A program made the position numbers and the translations under genes. Below are positions 1 to 9,200 of a stretch of 38,002 bases of DNA, piece by piece. The notes under the pieces were generated by a model that searched no databases, had not been told where the DNA came from, and saw only the letters and a list, made by a program, of their open reading frames with translations. Each line of letters opens with the position of its first letter. The stretch's first letter is position 1. Source of the DNA: a virus (Duplodnaviria; Caudoviricetes); IMG/VR virus record IMGVR_UViG_3300046804_001154, positions 1-38,002 of that record. One strand, 5' to 3'.

Positions 1-44
1 GGATTCGTGAATACGAAATACACAAACAAGGATGGTCACAATGA
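1..44 (+). CDS. 3' end of a small hypothetical protein (partial)
   Basis: Open frame ..IREYEIHKQGWSQ* ends in TGA at 42-44 with an ATGA overlap to the next start. Confidence 0.45.
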   Translation, partial: IREYEIHKQGWSQ

Positions 45-145
45 AATTTTTAAAACAACTTCGAGAAATATTTGAGCAAACACTGACAGCGGCACATCTG
101 GCACGCCTGGGCGAATACAAAGCCAGCGCCCGCGTGTTCAAATAA
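41..145 (+). CDS. small hypothetical protein, 34 aa (MKFLKQLREIFEQTLTAAHLARLGEYKASARVFK)
   Basis: Translated by hand (below the ORF-track cutoff). AAGGA upstream, ATGA coupling, and the stop abuts the convergent gene at 146. Confidence 0.55.
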   Translation: MKFLKQLREIFEQTLTAAHLARLGEYKASARVFK

Positions 146-352
146 TCACTCTTTACGACCCCAACCAATCCTGTTCCACACACGCTCGTGAGCCCAGAAT
201 AAAAATATCTTGGTCATGATTTCCGTCAGTGCAATGCCACTGGCCAATAATGCTTGGCCAGTGATTAGCCAGCTGATCAAAAACGTGTCCACTGTTCCTG
301 TCACACGCCAGCTGACTGCTTTGGCTAGACTACGTACAGGAGTGTCACTCAA
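146..352 (-). CDS. DUF2061-like small membrane protein
   Basis: RSLAKAVSWRVTGTVDTFLISWLITG...HERVWNRI.WG pattern. The likely TTG start at 352 overlaps the upstream stop; the 472 start in the track is probably too long. Confidence 0.75.
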   Translation of the reverse strand: MSDTPVRSLAKAVSWRVTGTVDTFLISWLITGQALLASGIALTEIMTKIFLFWAHERVWNRIGWGRKE

Positions 353-1136
353 GGCCCATAGCCTTTCTAATCTTGGTAGCTGAAATATCAGTAATAGTGG
401 GATCAAACTCTTCTTTTTCAATCTTGTAGCCCACGTCACGTCCGTAAGTGATATGTACGATATTGGGAACAACTTGAATCTCGTAACGGCCCTGATACAT
501 GGGGTCTAGGTCACGACGAATATAGTATTCCACTTCACTGATGGCAAAAGGATTGCTACCGTTCCAGCCCTGACAATCGCGGATCTGTATTACCACTTGC
601 CCAGTCTTTTCTAGAGCACGTTCAAACAACGCACGATGGCCCTGATGCCAAGGTTGCCAACGACCCAACATCTGTACAGTTTCCTTCTTCCAGTCAAAAA
701 CTGGTCGACGAATTCCTTTCTGAATACAGTCGGAGATGATAGCAGACCATTTCTCAGCTTCTTTTTCGTTGATACGGAAATCGTACTGTACAGGTTTTAC
801 AAACATCTTGTTGGTGTCATCATAACGACCCTGCTCAATTGTATCCAACCAGATAGTCCAGTCAGCTTCAAAGTTGTCGCGCATGACTTCCAGTGGAGCA
901 ACAAAGTCGCAAATGGCGTAGTCAGTACCGCAACTGTCTGATAGTTCGCGCATACGATTGCTCTGGCGCACACGGCCAGCTTCACTAAAATCCCAGTCGT
1001 CCCATTTTTTGCGAATCTCATCCGCATTGAACCAGGACACTGAACGTCCAGAGTTCTGAAGTTGATCTAGTAGATACTTGGCCAGTGTGGTTTTGCCAGC
1101 GCCTGGCAGGCCCATAATTAAAATACGTGTTGTCAT
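345..1136 (-). CDS. adenylylsulfate (APS) kinase-like P-loop kinase fused to an HxGH nucleotidyltransferase domain
   Basis: N-terminal GLPGAGKTT, NADEIR, DFSEAGR.RQ, DFVAP (CysC-like); C-terminal GRWQPWHQGH and ISATKIR motifs of the cytidylyltransferase-like (HIGH) superfamily. Confidence 0.8.
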   Translation of the reverse strand: MTTRILIMGLPGAGKTTLAKYLLDQLQNSGRSVSWFNADEIRKKWDDWDFSEAGRVRQSNRMRELSDSCGTDYAICDFVAPLEVMRDNFEADWTIWLDTIEQGRYDDTNKMFVKPVQYDFRINEKEAEKWSAIISDCIQKGIRRPVFDWKKETVQMLGRWQPWHQGHRALFERALEKTGQVVIQIRDCQGWNGSNPFAISEVEYYIRRDLDPMYQGRYEIQVVPNIVHITYGRDVGYKIEKEEFDPTITDISATKIRKAMGLE

Positions 1137-1813
1137 GTCAAATCCCTTTTAATGTGTTCGTAAATTGTTTCAGCAACCAACTGATGCCCTTGTTCTAAAA
1201 AATGACCCCCAGGGCCGCTGGGCAAATCCTTGCACCATTGCAACATGGTGCTTCCCAGTTGGATATAATTATTTGTATCTATATACCGACGATCTGCACC
1301 TTCGAAACTTAGACTAAATGTATTTACAAATCTGTACGCCTGTTTAGTAAATTTAAAGTGATTCTGCAGGGCAATTATCTGAGCTCGTGTGGCCTGAAGT
1401 GCCAGTGCATCGTCATAATGTGTCTTATAGAATTCTCGGACGCCAGAGAATTTGGAGGCAGAGGCCATTACTGCCGATACTGGTAGCTCTTTGCCATTGT
1501 ATGCCCAGTCCTGTCTATTATGACCAGTCCAGGCACAAATGATCATATTGTACTTTTTAGTCAGCGATTCCGAAACAGCTAATCTGAATATGCGTCCGTT
1601 ACTGCCACCTGTTAAACTCATGTTGACCACTTCATGTCCAGTCATCTGTCCAATAAGACTGGGCCAGGAGTACGCACTGGGCGTCAATGGTTGAACTTTG
1701 GTGGTTTGTGGTACTTTCCAAAACAATCCATGATCATCAATTTGTTCTGCTGATGGCTGATCTGCCAACTCAGCGCCAAACGAAAAACTGTCACCAAGTA
1801 CCAGAATTGTCAT
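1133..1813 (-). CDS. SGNH/GDSL hydrolase-family protein
   Basis: ILVLGDSFSFG block I, NMSLTGGSN block II, C-terminal GHFLEQGHQLVA. Confidence 0.75.
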   Translation of the reverse strand: MTILVLGDSFSFGAELADQPSAEQIDDHGLFWKVPQTTKVQPLTPSAYSWPSLIGQMTGHEVVNMSLTGGSNGRIFRLAVSESLTKKYNMIICAWTGHNRQDWAYNGKELPVSAVMASASKFSGVREFYKTHYDDALALQATRAQIIALQNHFKFTKQAYRFVNTFSLSFEGADRRYIDTNNYIQLGSTMLQWCKDLPSGPGGHFLEQGHQLVAETIYEHIKRDLT

Positions 1814-2370
1814 ACACGCTTGAATCGGAGATAGACGCTGTGGCGATGTACGCCTGGTGGTACTGGGGTAATCAGCCCGTGCATTACACCACCAGGATTG
1901 GGTAACATGTAACCAAAATTGTTTCTATAGGGCAACTGGTACGTGATATGCTCGTCTGCGCTGTAGAATGTGGTGCCCAGATGGTTGATGTCTTCTTTAG
2001 TAATGTAGATCTGTATTGCGTGATCATACGCATCCACGATGTCTTTATGTGGGGTAATAGAGTAGCCAGGGAGGTCTTCCCACAACTGTAAGTCGTCGAA
2101 CTCAACCCGATTGCCCACGTGATCTGCCACATAGTTCAACATGTTGTCACTGCTGACGTATGCTCGCACTAGATCCAGTGTAGCATCTGAACCCACATAC
2201 ACCTCACGTCCGCCGCGGTGTGCAAACTCGGACGGTGCGGCCCATTCGGGAGACCGTGCTACATAAGAGTCAAACAGAACCTGAAGATTGGTTACCAGTT
2301 CAGGCGTAAAATAATCTTCCACCAGGTATACTGTTTCACCATCAGGGTTTGTTATTTTGGTCGTGTTCAT
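1810..2370 (-). CDS. putative 2OG-Fe(II) oxygenase
   Basis: YSITPHKD (HxD), distal MHG and RHSVY; ATG at 2370 gives an ATGA overlap. Confidence 0.65.
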   Translation of the reverse strand: MNTTKITNPDGETVYLVEDYFTPELVTNLQVLFDSYVARSPEWAAPSEFAHRGGREVYVGSDATLDLVRAYVSSDNMLNYVADHVGNRVEFDDLQLWEDLPGYSITPHKDIVDAYDHAIQIYITKEDINHLGTTFYSADEHITYQLPYRNNFGYMLPNPGGVMHGLITPVPPGVHRHSVYLRFKRV

Positions 2371-3854
2371 GAGCACACCTTGACACCATACAGTGCTTCG
2401 AAACGATCTGCGTCAGCACGATCATTCACCATGGGTTCGCCTCTGATGTTTAAGCTGGTGTTGAGTAACATGGGACACCCACTCACTTCGTACCATTTTT
2501 CAAGCAACTGTCGTATTCCTGATCCATCTTTTGGCACTGTCTGTACACGACTAGTCCCGTCGTGATGAATGATAGCAGGAAATAGGTCAGGATGCCTACA
2601 GCGAGCGACTGACTGCATATACCTGCTGTCACTCCAGCCACGAGGCATATCAAAGTAAGTGTCAGCCAGTTCCTCCAGAATAACGGGCGCAAAAGGTCTG
2701 AATTGTTGTCTACGTTTGATTGCATTTACTTTTCCTTTAATCTCTTCTCCTCTTGGATCCGCCAAGAGCGAACGGTTACCCAGGGCACGAGGGCCAAATT
2801 CGGAATATCCGGAAGCCACTCCCACAATAGACTGAATAAGTAGCTCATTAATAATGTCAGCAACAGGATAAGGGCCAGGAATATTATACCCGAGATAAGC
2901 ACTACGCCAGTTAATTCTACGTCCATGAACCAGAGCGGCAGCGCCAAGGCTGCTACCAGCATCACCAGGATTAGGCATAATCCAGATATTTTCAAAGTAC
3001 TCTCCTAAGAATCGGTTGGCTAGGCAGTTGAGTGCCACACCACCCTGATACACCAGGTTGCCCGTTGTGTCTAGATCACGAGCTATTGTCATGACCTCTC
3101 GTATCAGTTTCTCAGCAATCACTTGTGCGTCATAAGCCACGTTGTACTTATCTTCACTCAGCGTGGAGATTTCAGGTAATCCGATATGCAGATTCTCTTT
3201 AAACTTCAAGTCGCCTGCCAACAGATTGCTTTCAATGTCAGCAGTGCGATATTCGTTGGGTGTACCATATGCGGCCATGCCCATGAGAATGTATTCTTCG
3301 TCCATGGGCATCAGTCCCACGTGGTCAGTAAATGCACTGTACATGAGACCAATACTATGTGGGTAACGACGATTCCAGATCTTCTTGTAGTGTGCTTGAC
3401 CGTCCACATAATGTGCTGACCAAATACTAATAGTATCCCATTCGCCAATGGCATCAATTACCACAACTGTAGCTGAATCGAACGGACTTGTTTGGAATCC
3501 TGCGGCAGCATGACTCATGTGGTGGTTCTGATACACCACTGGTATCTTGGACCAGCTGGCATCACCCAACATGCTGGCCAGGCGTTTGTTTAGATTGCTG
3601 GCTTCAAAATTGAACAACTGACGCCATTGCCCAGTATACAGTTGGCGTGTTTTCTTGACCCAGGGAGTTTCATAATAACTGATGACGTCAGGTTTGCCGT
3701 GCTGGGCGATTTCCTTGATCAAGTTGGGATGCAGGTCAGCATCATGTTTGTTTTTGCTAAATCGTTCGCTATGTGATGCAAATAAAATATCACTACCATC
3801 TAGTAGTGTTGCTGCCGCATCATGGAATCCTGAGCTTATGCCTAATATTTTCAT
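2367..3854 (-). CDS. carbamoyltransferase, NodU/CmcH family
   Basis: HDAAA, ERFSKNKHD, HHMSHAA, DAIGE, GGVALNC, GDAG, EFGPRALGNRS, FRPFAP, DGTSRVQTV, LLNTSLN. Confidence 0.93.
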   Translation of the reverse strand: MKILGISSGFHDAAATLLDGSDILFASHSERFSKNKHDADLHPNLIKEIAQHGKPDVISYYETPWVKKTRQLYTGQWRQLFNFEASNLNKRLASMLGDASWSKIPVVYQNHHMSHAAAGFQTSPFDSATVVVIDAIGEWDTISIWSAHYVDGQAHYKKIWNRRYPHSIGLMYSAFTDHVGLMPMDEEYILMGMAAYGTPNEYRTADIESNLLAGDLKFKENLHIGLPEISTLSEDKYNVAYDAQVIAEKLIREVMTIARDLDTTGNLVYQGGVALNCLANRFLGEYFENIWIMPNPGDAGSSLGAAALVHGRRINWRSAYLGYNIPGPYPVADIINELLIQSIVGVASGYSEFGPRALGNRSLLADPRGEEIKGKVNAIKRRQQFRPFAPVILEELADTYFDMPRGWSDSRYMQSVARCRHPDLFPAIIHHDGTSRVQTVPKDGSGIRQLLEKWYEVSGCPMLLNTSLNIRGEPMVNDRADADRFEALYGVKVCS

Positions 3855-4135
3855 TTCAATCCGTTTTTCAATACATCAATAGTTATGCGATCACGAAAGA
3901 TGTTGAAACGCATTTCAAAATTGTATGTGGCTTTGGCAACGTCGATATCATTGCCCCAACGCAACTGCTTGAGTAAATGATCAGCCCAACGTGCCATGTC
4001 ATCCTTCATGATAGTCAGCTCAACTGGTTCAGGAAAGTGCTGATTGGCAGGGCTTAATTTCTGATACTGGCTCCATTGATCCAGGAGACTTTCTGCTAAT
4101 TGTTTAACTAGGTCTGGATCATGGTCAGTGGTCAC
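3851..4135 (-). CDS. hypothetical protein (94 aa)
   Basis: GTGA overlap with the uvsY stop gives a likely start at 4135; its stop overlaps the carbamoyltransferase start. Confidence 0.6.
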   Translation of the reverse strand: MTTDHDPDLVKQLAESLLDQWSQYQKLSPANQHFPEPVELTIMKDDMARWADHLLKQLRWGNDIDVAKATYNFEMRFNIFRDRITIDVLKNGLK

Positions 4136-4584
4136 AATGTCACATCCTCCATGCCCGCTGTGCGTAGACGAACTATGTGTCCCATTTGCCACTGTTTGGC
4201 TTCCAGTCCCTTCATCACACCCAACCACTTGTTGCGTAGTAGAGCCACTTCGTTAATCAGTGTTTCATAATCGATAACTTCTGCCTCACCGTCCACATAC
4301 TTTTCAGCATCACGGCTAGTTAATGCACGAGCATATCCTTCCAGATACTTTTGAAAGTGTTTGCGTCTTATCTTGCGTAACTGAATGTTCATGTAGTTCA
4401 GCACTGCTTCTATTTCCTGTAGCTGATTAAAGCGATGTTCAGTAATACCAGGAATATTACTGATAGCCTTCTCCACGTTACCAGTGATGCGGCACTCTGT
4501 TTTTGCCGCACCCAGTTCTGCTTCATAGTAAGCAATAAAGTCTGGGAGTAAGCCCAGGTCTGCGACAACTTTGTTATACCACAT
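4132..4584 (-). CDS. uvsY: UvsY-like recombination mediator
   Basis: 150-aa helical protein with SRDAEKYVDGE and MKGLEAKQWQMGHIVRL, near uvsX and gp32. Confidence 0.7.
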   Translation of the reverse strand: MWYNKVVADLGLLPDFIAYYEAELGAAKTECRITGNVEKAISNIPGITEHRFNQLQEIEAVLNYMNIQLRKIRRKHFQKYLEGYARALTSRDAEKYVDGEAEVIDYETLINEVALLRNKWLGVMKGLEAKQWQMGHIVRLRTAGMEDVTL

Positions 4585-5812
4585 ATTCAGTTAACCATGT
4601 AAATGTTTTACGCCAGTCGAGATTGCGACGACGATCTAGTTCGTCCAAGTATACTATTAATTTATGTATTTCGCGATCATTACGAACAGATTGCTGGATC
4701 TGTTTCATAATGCCCATCATATATCGTTTGGCTTCCACCTGCTGATGTGTGAGTCCTGGCATGGCTTTTAGGATACGCACAAAGTCATCGCGCCAGAAGT
4801 CCCCACCAAAAGCATCAGGATTTAGATGTGGGCGGTCATACACTGTCATAAAATGATGCCCGATCTCGCGTTTGGTGCGAAATTGATTGACGTACTCAAT
4901 CATTTCAGGCATGGTTTTGATAGTAAGACTGGTTATGGTCTGATTGATGTTCAATCTGATCCAACCCTGCTCGACCAGATATTCAAAGTTTTTGCGCCAC
5001 AATTCCAGATCCAGGCCGTGTCTGACATATTCCTGTTCTGGTCCCCAACAGTCGATGCTGGCTGTAAGATCAAATCGGGCAATACGACCCGTGTCCACCA
5101 GCTGTTTAATTCTGGCTATGTGACTGCGTAGACGATCATGACTGATCATGAGATTGCTGACCACATTAAACTCTAGATCGGGATTGGATCGTGTTTCTAG
5201 GAATTCCAGACAAATGTCAAACTGTGCCTGATAGAAAGGTTCTCCACCCAGCACATGCAGGCGGCGCACGGTCATGTAATTGATGTCCATCCATTCCCAG
5301 AACTGTTCGGTCAGCTGGGCATGATCGGGGTGTTTAACTGATCTGTTGTCAATTATCATTCCGTCACGCTCAAAGCGACCGTGGCGCAAATTTTCCTGTT
5401 GTATCTTGCTACTGTATCCGTCCCAGCAATAGACACAACTGAGATTGCAAACGTTGTCGAAGTACACCTCCACAATACGTGGTGTCACATTCGTGGCAGT
5501 GGGATCAGTGTCCAGCTCAGGCGGCGCTAGATCGGGCACCTGCATCTGCAACATGCGATCACTAAACCCACCTGCTTCTTCAATATTGCGACAATACTCA
5601 CAGCCACCTGATGGCCATTCGCCAGCCAGCATCAGTTCACGATCATTTATTTTCCTGGGTGTATTGTGGAAATCCATGAACGTGTCTGGCTGCAACAGCG
5701 ATGAGAACACTCTATGACACGAGTTGGTCCTTCCGTTGTATAACAGTATTGTGCTCCAGGTCCACTTTAACTGACAGGCAGTAGCAGACTTGATAGGAAA
5801 GACTTTAGGCAT
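4574..5812 (-). CDS. radical SAM enzyme with N-terminal Cys-rich (Twitch-like) domain
   Basis: CNLSCVYC (CxxxCxxC), LGGEPF, N-terminal C..W...SCH...CEYC, SIDCWG..QEYVR. Confidence 0.88.
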   Translation of the reverse strand: MPKVFPIKSATACQLKWTWSTILLYNGRTNSCHRVFSSLLQPDTFMDFHNTPRKINDRELMLAGEWPSGGCEYCRNIEEAGGFSDRMLQMQVPDLAPPELDTDPTATNVTPRIVEVYFDNVCNLSCVYCWDGYSSKIQQENLRHGRFERDGMIIDNRSVKHPDHAQLTEQFWEWMDINYMTVRRLHVLGGEPFYQAQFDICLEFLETRSNPDLEFNVVSNLMISHDRLRSHIARIKQLVDTGRIARFDLTASIDCWGPEQEYVRHGLDLELWRKNFEYLVEQGWIRLNINQTITSLTIKTMPEMIEYVNQFRTKREIGHHFMTVYDRPHLNPDAFGGDFWRDDFVRILKAMPGLTHQQVEAKRYMMGIMKQIQQSVRNDREIHKLIVYLDELDRRRNLDWRKTFTWLTEYVV

Positions 5813-6048
5813 CAGTCCTCATAGCCGTAATCTTCTTCAGGGTCGTCGTCCTCTACACCAGACGCATACTCTTTGTATGCTCTACCCAGTGCTGAATCAG
5901 TACCGCAAAATTCCTTCAGTTCCAGGTCGCCCACTAGATCGACTAGAATGCTGACAATGTTGTCGGCAGCTTCCTGTCGGTCTTTAGCTGGAATATATTG
6001 CTTTAGGATAGTGTATGTTTCGCTTAAAACGTCAATATCAATACTCAT
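5812..6048 (-). CDS. hypothetical acidic protein (78 aa)
   Basis: Translationally coupled on both sides; acidic C-terminal tail. Confidence 0.7.
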   Translation of the reverse strand: MSIDIDVLSETYTILKQYIPAKDRQEAADNIVSILVDLVGDLELKEFCGTDSALGRAYKEYASGVEDDDPEEDYGYED

Positions 6049-6359
6049 GTCGATTCTTTCAAATGTTTTGCTGCCATCAGATCATCAGTGCATCCAGTAC
6101 ACCGAGTCTTCGTACAGACTGTTTGTGTGGGCAACAGTTCCCACCCAGTTTCCAGATTACCCAACTGATCATTGCAACACTCACCACCGTATATATCAAA
6201 GTCTGGACCAATGTATAGACGATTGTGACCAGCATCACAAAGCCAACCTTGCCAACGGTCCAGTTCCTGATTGTGTAGCCAATTGGCTTCCATACGAAAC
6301 TTTCGATTGTCGTCAGTTGTCACTAGACAATTATAGTACTGGTGATTGTCAAATTGCAA
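6045..6359 (-). CDS. stand-alone SPASM/Twitch-like Cys-rich Fe-S domain protein
   Basis: WLCDAG...LYI...G.CCN..LGNL.....C...RC.GC, the pattern of radical SAM C-terminal auxiliary-cluster domains. Confidence 0.65.
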   Translation of the reverse strand: MQFDNHQYYNCLVTTDDNRKFRMEANWLHNQELDRWQGWLCDAGHNRLYIGPDFDIYGGECCNDQLGNLETGWELLPTQTVCTKTRCTGCTDDLMAAKHLKEST

Positions 6360-6963
6360 GATTTAGTTTGCCTTTTAAGATTGGAACAGTCCTGGTCTGT
6401 TTGCTGTAATCTATGCTATTTACCATATTGCTGATGCCATGACCATTTAAAATTTCCACGTAATGTGGAATACGATGCCTGTTCCAGTGCTCGTCCATGA
6501 TGTTCACGTGCATGTGGCGGCCTGCTGGCAGATTTTGTTTCAGCTGGATCATGGTGTCAAAGAATCGCTGTTCGTCCATGTGTTCCGAATGTGTACTGAA
6601 CGATATGTTGTCTACCACCTGAAACATCCTCAAGTAGTAGTCATAGGTGGCACTGCCGTTGGTAGTGGCCAGTATCTGGTTAATGTCCGAGTAGTTGTCA
6701 CGAAGCCATTCCACAAATGGTAGGAAATGTTTGTTGGCTGTAACTTCCCCACCAGTAAAACTGATTTTGTATAGTCCACGCCCTTGTGTTTTGTCGTGTA
6801 TATCAATCCAGTTGGCTTGTAACGTTTCCAGATCCTTGTGCGGGCTGGAGTTGTCATGTACATCAGCGCCACAGTACATACAGTCATAGTTACACCGACG
6901 TCCCAGATTCCATGTGATGGAAAAGTGTTTGGGTATTGGATCTATTCTGATTACTTTCGACAT
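6349..6963 (-). CDS. radical SAM core-domain protein
   Basis: RCNYDCMYC, FTGGEV, TTNGS, FSTHSE. Confidence 0.85.
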   Translation of the reverse strand: MSKVIRIDPIPKHFSITWNLGRRCNYDCMYCGADVHDNSSPHKDLETLQANWIDIHDKTQGRGLYKISFTGGEVTANKHFLPFVEWLRDNYSDINQILATTNGSATYDYYLRMFQVVDNISFSTHSEHMDEQRFFDTMIQLKQNLPAGRHMHVNIMDEHWNRHRIPHYVEILNGHGISNMVNSIDYSKQTRTVPILKGKLNLAI

Positions 6964-6974
6964 ACAGGTAGAAA

Positions 6975-6997
6975 GGCCCTGACATTACATCAGGGCC
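6975..6997 (-). terminator. stem-loop after uvsX (weak terminator or stability hairpin)
   Basis: GGCCCTGA-7 nt-TCAGGGCC perfect 8-bp inverted repeat followed by TTTCT on the minus strand. Confidence 0.55.
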
Positions 6998-7002
6998 AGT
7001 CT

Positions 7003-8076
7003 TTACTCCTCAACAGTTGCTGGTGCTTCGACTGCTGGTGTGGGTGAGCCCAGATGCGGATTGGCTGTCATATCGGCCATGATTGTATCTAAACAACCAT
7101 CGTCGTTGCGTTCCCAACCCTTACGGAACTTCTTGATAACTTCACCATCAGCAGTTGTATAGGTAAGACTGTTGCCTTCCTTTTTCAACATGCCTTTGGC
7201 TTCCACTAGATCCACAAGCCCTGAATAAGGGTTCATGCCGGTCTCATATGGAATCTTGACCTGAACACTTTCAAAAGGTTTGGCATATCGTGTCTTCATG
7301 ATTTTACATGCGGCACGGATACCGTTCACTTCTGTAGTTTTGTTGCCGTCTTCGTCTTCCTTGAGTTTCAATTTACGCATTGCTACTACAATTGAACTGG
7401 CATAGATAAAGCCCTGACCACCTGAGATTTTGTCATCAGGATCGAACATGTCCTGACTTGCATAGGTGTGGTTGGTAGCAACCAGGCCCAAGTTCAAATC
7501 ACCAAACATGTTTACACAGTTACGAACCAGTGCTGTCAGTGCTTTGGGTTTACGGCCCATGTCACCTTTCATGTCACCAGCTTCAAACTGATTTACGTCA
7601 GTGGGCGTCAACAACATACCCAGCGAATCCAATACAAACAACACCTTGGGACGATCGTTCTCTGGCAATGTTTTGTATTCTTTCACAAACTCACTGATCA
7701 TTTTAGCCACGTCATCGATCATGGCCATGTTCAGCTTGAGCAGTTTGTCTTCACTAGTGTCCACGTTTAGAGCGTGTAACCACTTTTCATCTAGAGCGTT
7801 TTCTGTGTCGATTAGGATCACATAGATGCCCTGTGCTTGTGCGTTCTTGACCAAGTTGCCTGAACAGATAAAACTTTTACCTGCACCAGACTCACCAGCA
7901 AACACAGTCACTTTGCCCAGCGGAATACCGCGATTGAAGTCACCACTGATCAGGTAGTTCAAGGCATAATTGCTTGTACTAACCCAATCAGTAGGATCGT
8001 TGAAACCAAAACTCAAGCCGTCAATGCTTTTCGTCAAGGTCTTTCTAAATTTACTTACGTCGAATGGTTTTCCCAT
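7003..8076 (-). CDS. uvsX: UvsX/RecA-like recombinase
   Basis: Walker A GESGAGKS, IDTENA, Walker B FVLDSLG, GDMGRK, TNHTY, ISGGQG..YAS; SD AGGAG. Confidence 0.95.
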   Translation of the reverse strand: MGKPFDVSKFRKTLTKSIDGLSFGFNDPTDWVSTSNYALNYLISGDFNRGIPLGKVTVFAGESGAGKSFICSGNLVKNAQAQGIYVILIDTENALDEKWLHALNVDTSEDKLLKLNMAMIDDVAKMISEFVKEYKTLPENDRPKVLFVLDSLGMLLTPTDVNQFEAGDMKGDMGRKPKALTALVRNCVNMFGDLNLGLVATNHTYASQDMFDPDDKISGGQGFIYASSIVVAMRKLKLKEDEDGNKTTEVNGIRAACKIMKTRYAKPFESVQVKIPYETGMNPYSGLVDLVEAKGMLKKEGNSLTYTTADGEVIKKFRKGWERNDDGCLDTIMADMTANPHLGSPTPAVEAPATVEE

Positions 8077-8095
8077 ACTAATGCTCCTGATAGAT

Positions 8096-8120
8096 TACCC
8101 GGGCACTGGGCCCGGGCGTA
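8096..8120 (-). other. GC-rich intergenic hairpin between gp32 and uvsX
   Basis: CCCGGGC-5 nt-GCCCGGG with no U-tract on the coding strand, so more likely an RNA stability or processing stem. Confidence 0.5.
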
Positions 8121-8123
8121 TTT

Positions 8124-9128
8124 TTACTTCTGACGATTACGGATCATAGCCAGAATGTCTTCAGCACGTTGGCTGGAAGGCTTGGCCTGAACTGGTGCTG
8201 TAGGCGCTGGTGTATCACCATCGTCGTCACCCATGTCATCGTCATGGTGAGCAGGAGCAGATGCTACTGGAGCAGGGGCTGGAGCGGCCGCACGTGGTGC
8301 AGGTGCGCTTTCGTTTGAACCACCAGAGTTGCCGATGTTAACACCACTGGGTTTGTAGTATTGACCCCAGGCTTCTGGATCATAAGGTTCGCCAGCAACT
8401 GATGCTTCGAACATTTCTTTGATAACACGTAGCTCAACATCACCAGGCTTCTTGGGCAAGAAGTCTGACAACTTGTACAAGCCATATGTGTCGATTGCCG
8501 CACGTTCTTCAGCAGTCAATGCAGTCTCTTTGCGAGCCCACTTGCTGGTGCTGTAGTCAGCATAGCCACCTTTAGAAGTCTTGACAATCTGGAAATCCAG
8601 ACCAGCTTCGTAATCAGTTGGCAATTCTTCCATGTCAGGATCCATCAGCGCACCTTTAACAATGTTAAAGATTTGTGGACTGATGATAAAACGACGGATG
8701 GGATTTTCTGGAAGTGCCGTTTCGTTCATTGGGTCTTCGTGTACAAAGCCCTGGAACAAATATGAACGCTTCTTCCAATATTTGCGACCCATTTCTTCTA
8801 GAGTCTTGTCCTTGAACCAAGGGCGGACTTCTGAAAGGATAGGACAGGTTTCATTCCACATTTCCATACAAGGAACTTGTACGTACACTGTTTTGCTTTC
8901 GGCTTGACCTTTTACTCCAGCAAATGGGAGTTTGATCATTGCACGTTCGATCCAGAAGAATGTGTTCTTAGAATCGCCATCAGGTAGGAACCTGACTCGT
9001 GATGTTGTGCCTTCGGGAATGTTCCAGTGTGAATAAATTGCTTTATCGCCACCTTGCGTAGCGCCACCGGTATTGCGGTTTTCTTGATTTTGCAGTTTTG
9101 CGCGGATTTCAGCCAATGTTGTTGCCAT
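8124..9128 (-). CDS. gp32: single-stranded DNA-binding protein (T4 gp32-like)
   Basis: VRFLPDG, CME.W.ETCP, KYWKKRSY, GLDF.I.KT.KGGYADYSTSKW, acidic/Pro-Ala tail. Start corrected to ATG 9128 after AAGGAG. Confidence 0.88.
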   Translation of the reverse strand: MATTLAEIRAKLQNQENRNTGGATQGGDKAIYSHWNIPEGTTSRVRFLPDGDSKNTFFWIERAMIKLPFAGVKGQAESKTVYVQVPCMEMWNETCPILSEVRPWFKDKTLEEMGRKYWKKRSYLFQGFVHEDPMNETALPENPIRRFIISPQIFNIVKGALMDPDMEELPTDYEAGLDFQIVKTSKGGYADYSTSKWARKETALTAEERAAIDTYGLYKLSDFLPKKPGDVELRVIKEMFEASVAGEPYDPEAWGQYYKPSGVNIGNSGGSNESAPAPRAAAPAPAPVASAPAHHDDDMGDDDGDTPAPTAPVQAKPSSQRAEDILAMIRNRQK

Positions 9129-9200
9129 AATGTTTCTCCTTAATGTTATGTGCCATAATGTGCCTAAACGCACACTACATGATGTAGTCTACGTTATATG

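Noticed and set aside
9129-9173. ORF-track N-terminal extensions (gp32 to 9173; also starts at 472, 4228, 14126, 12429, 23122)
   Set aside because: Downstream starts have better SD or stop-start coupling and avoid long overlaps
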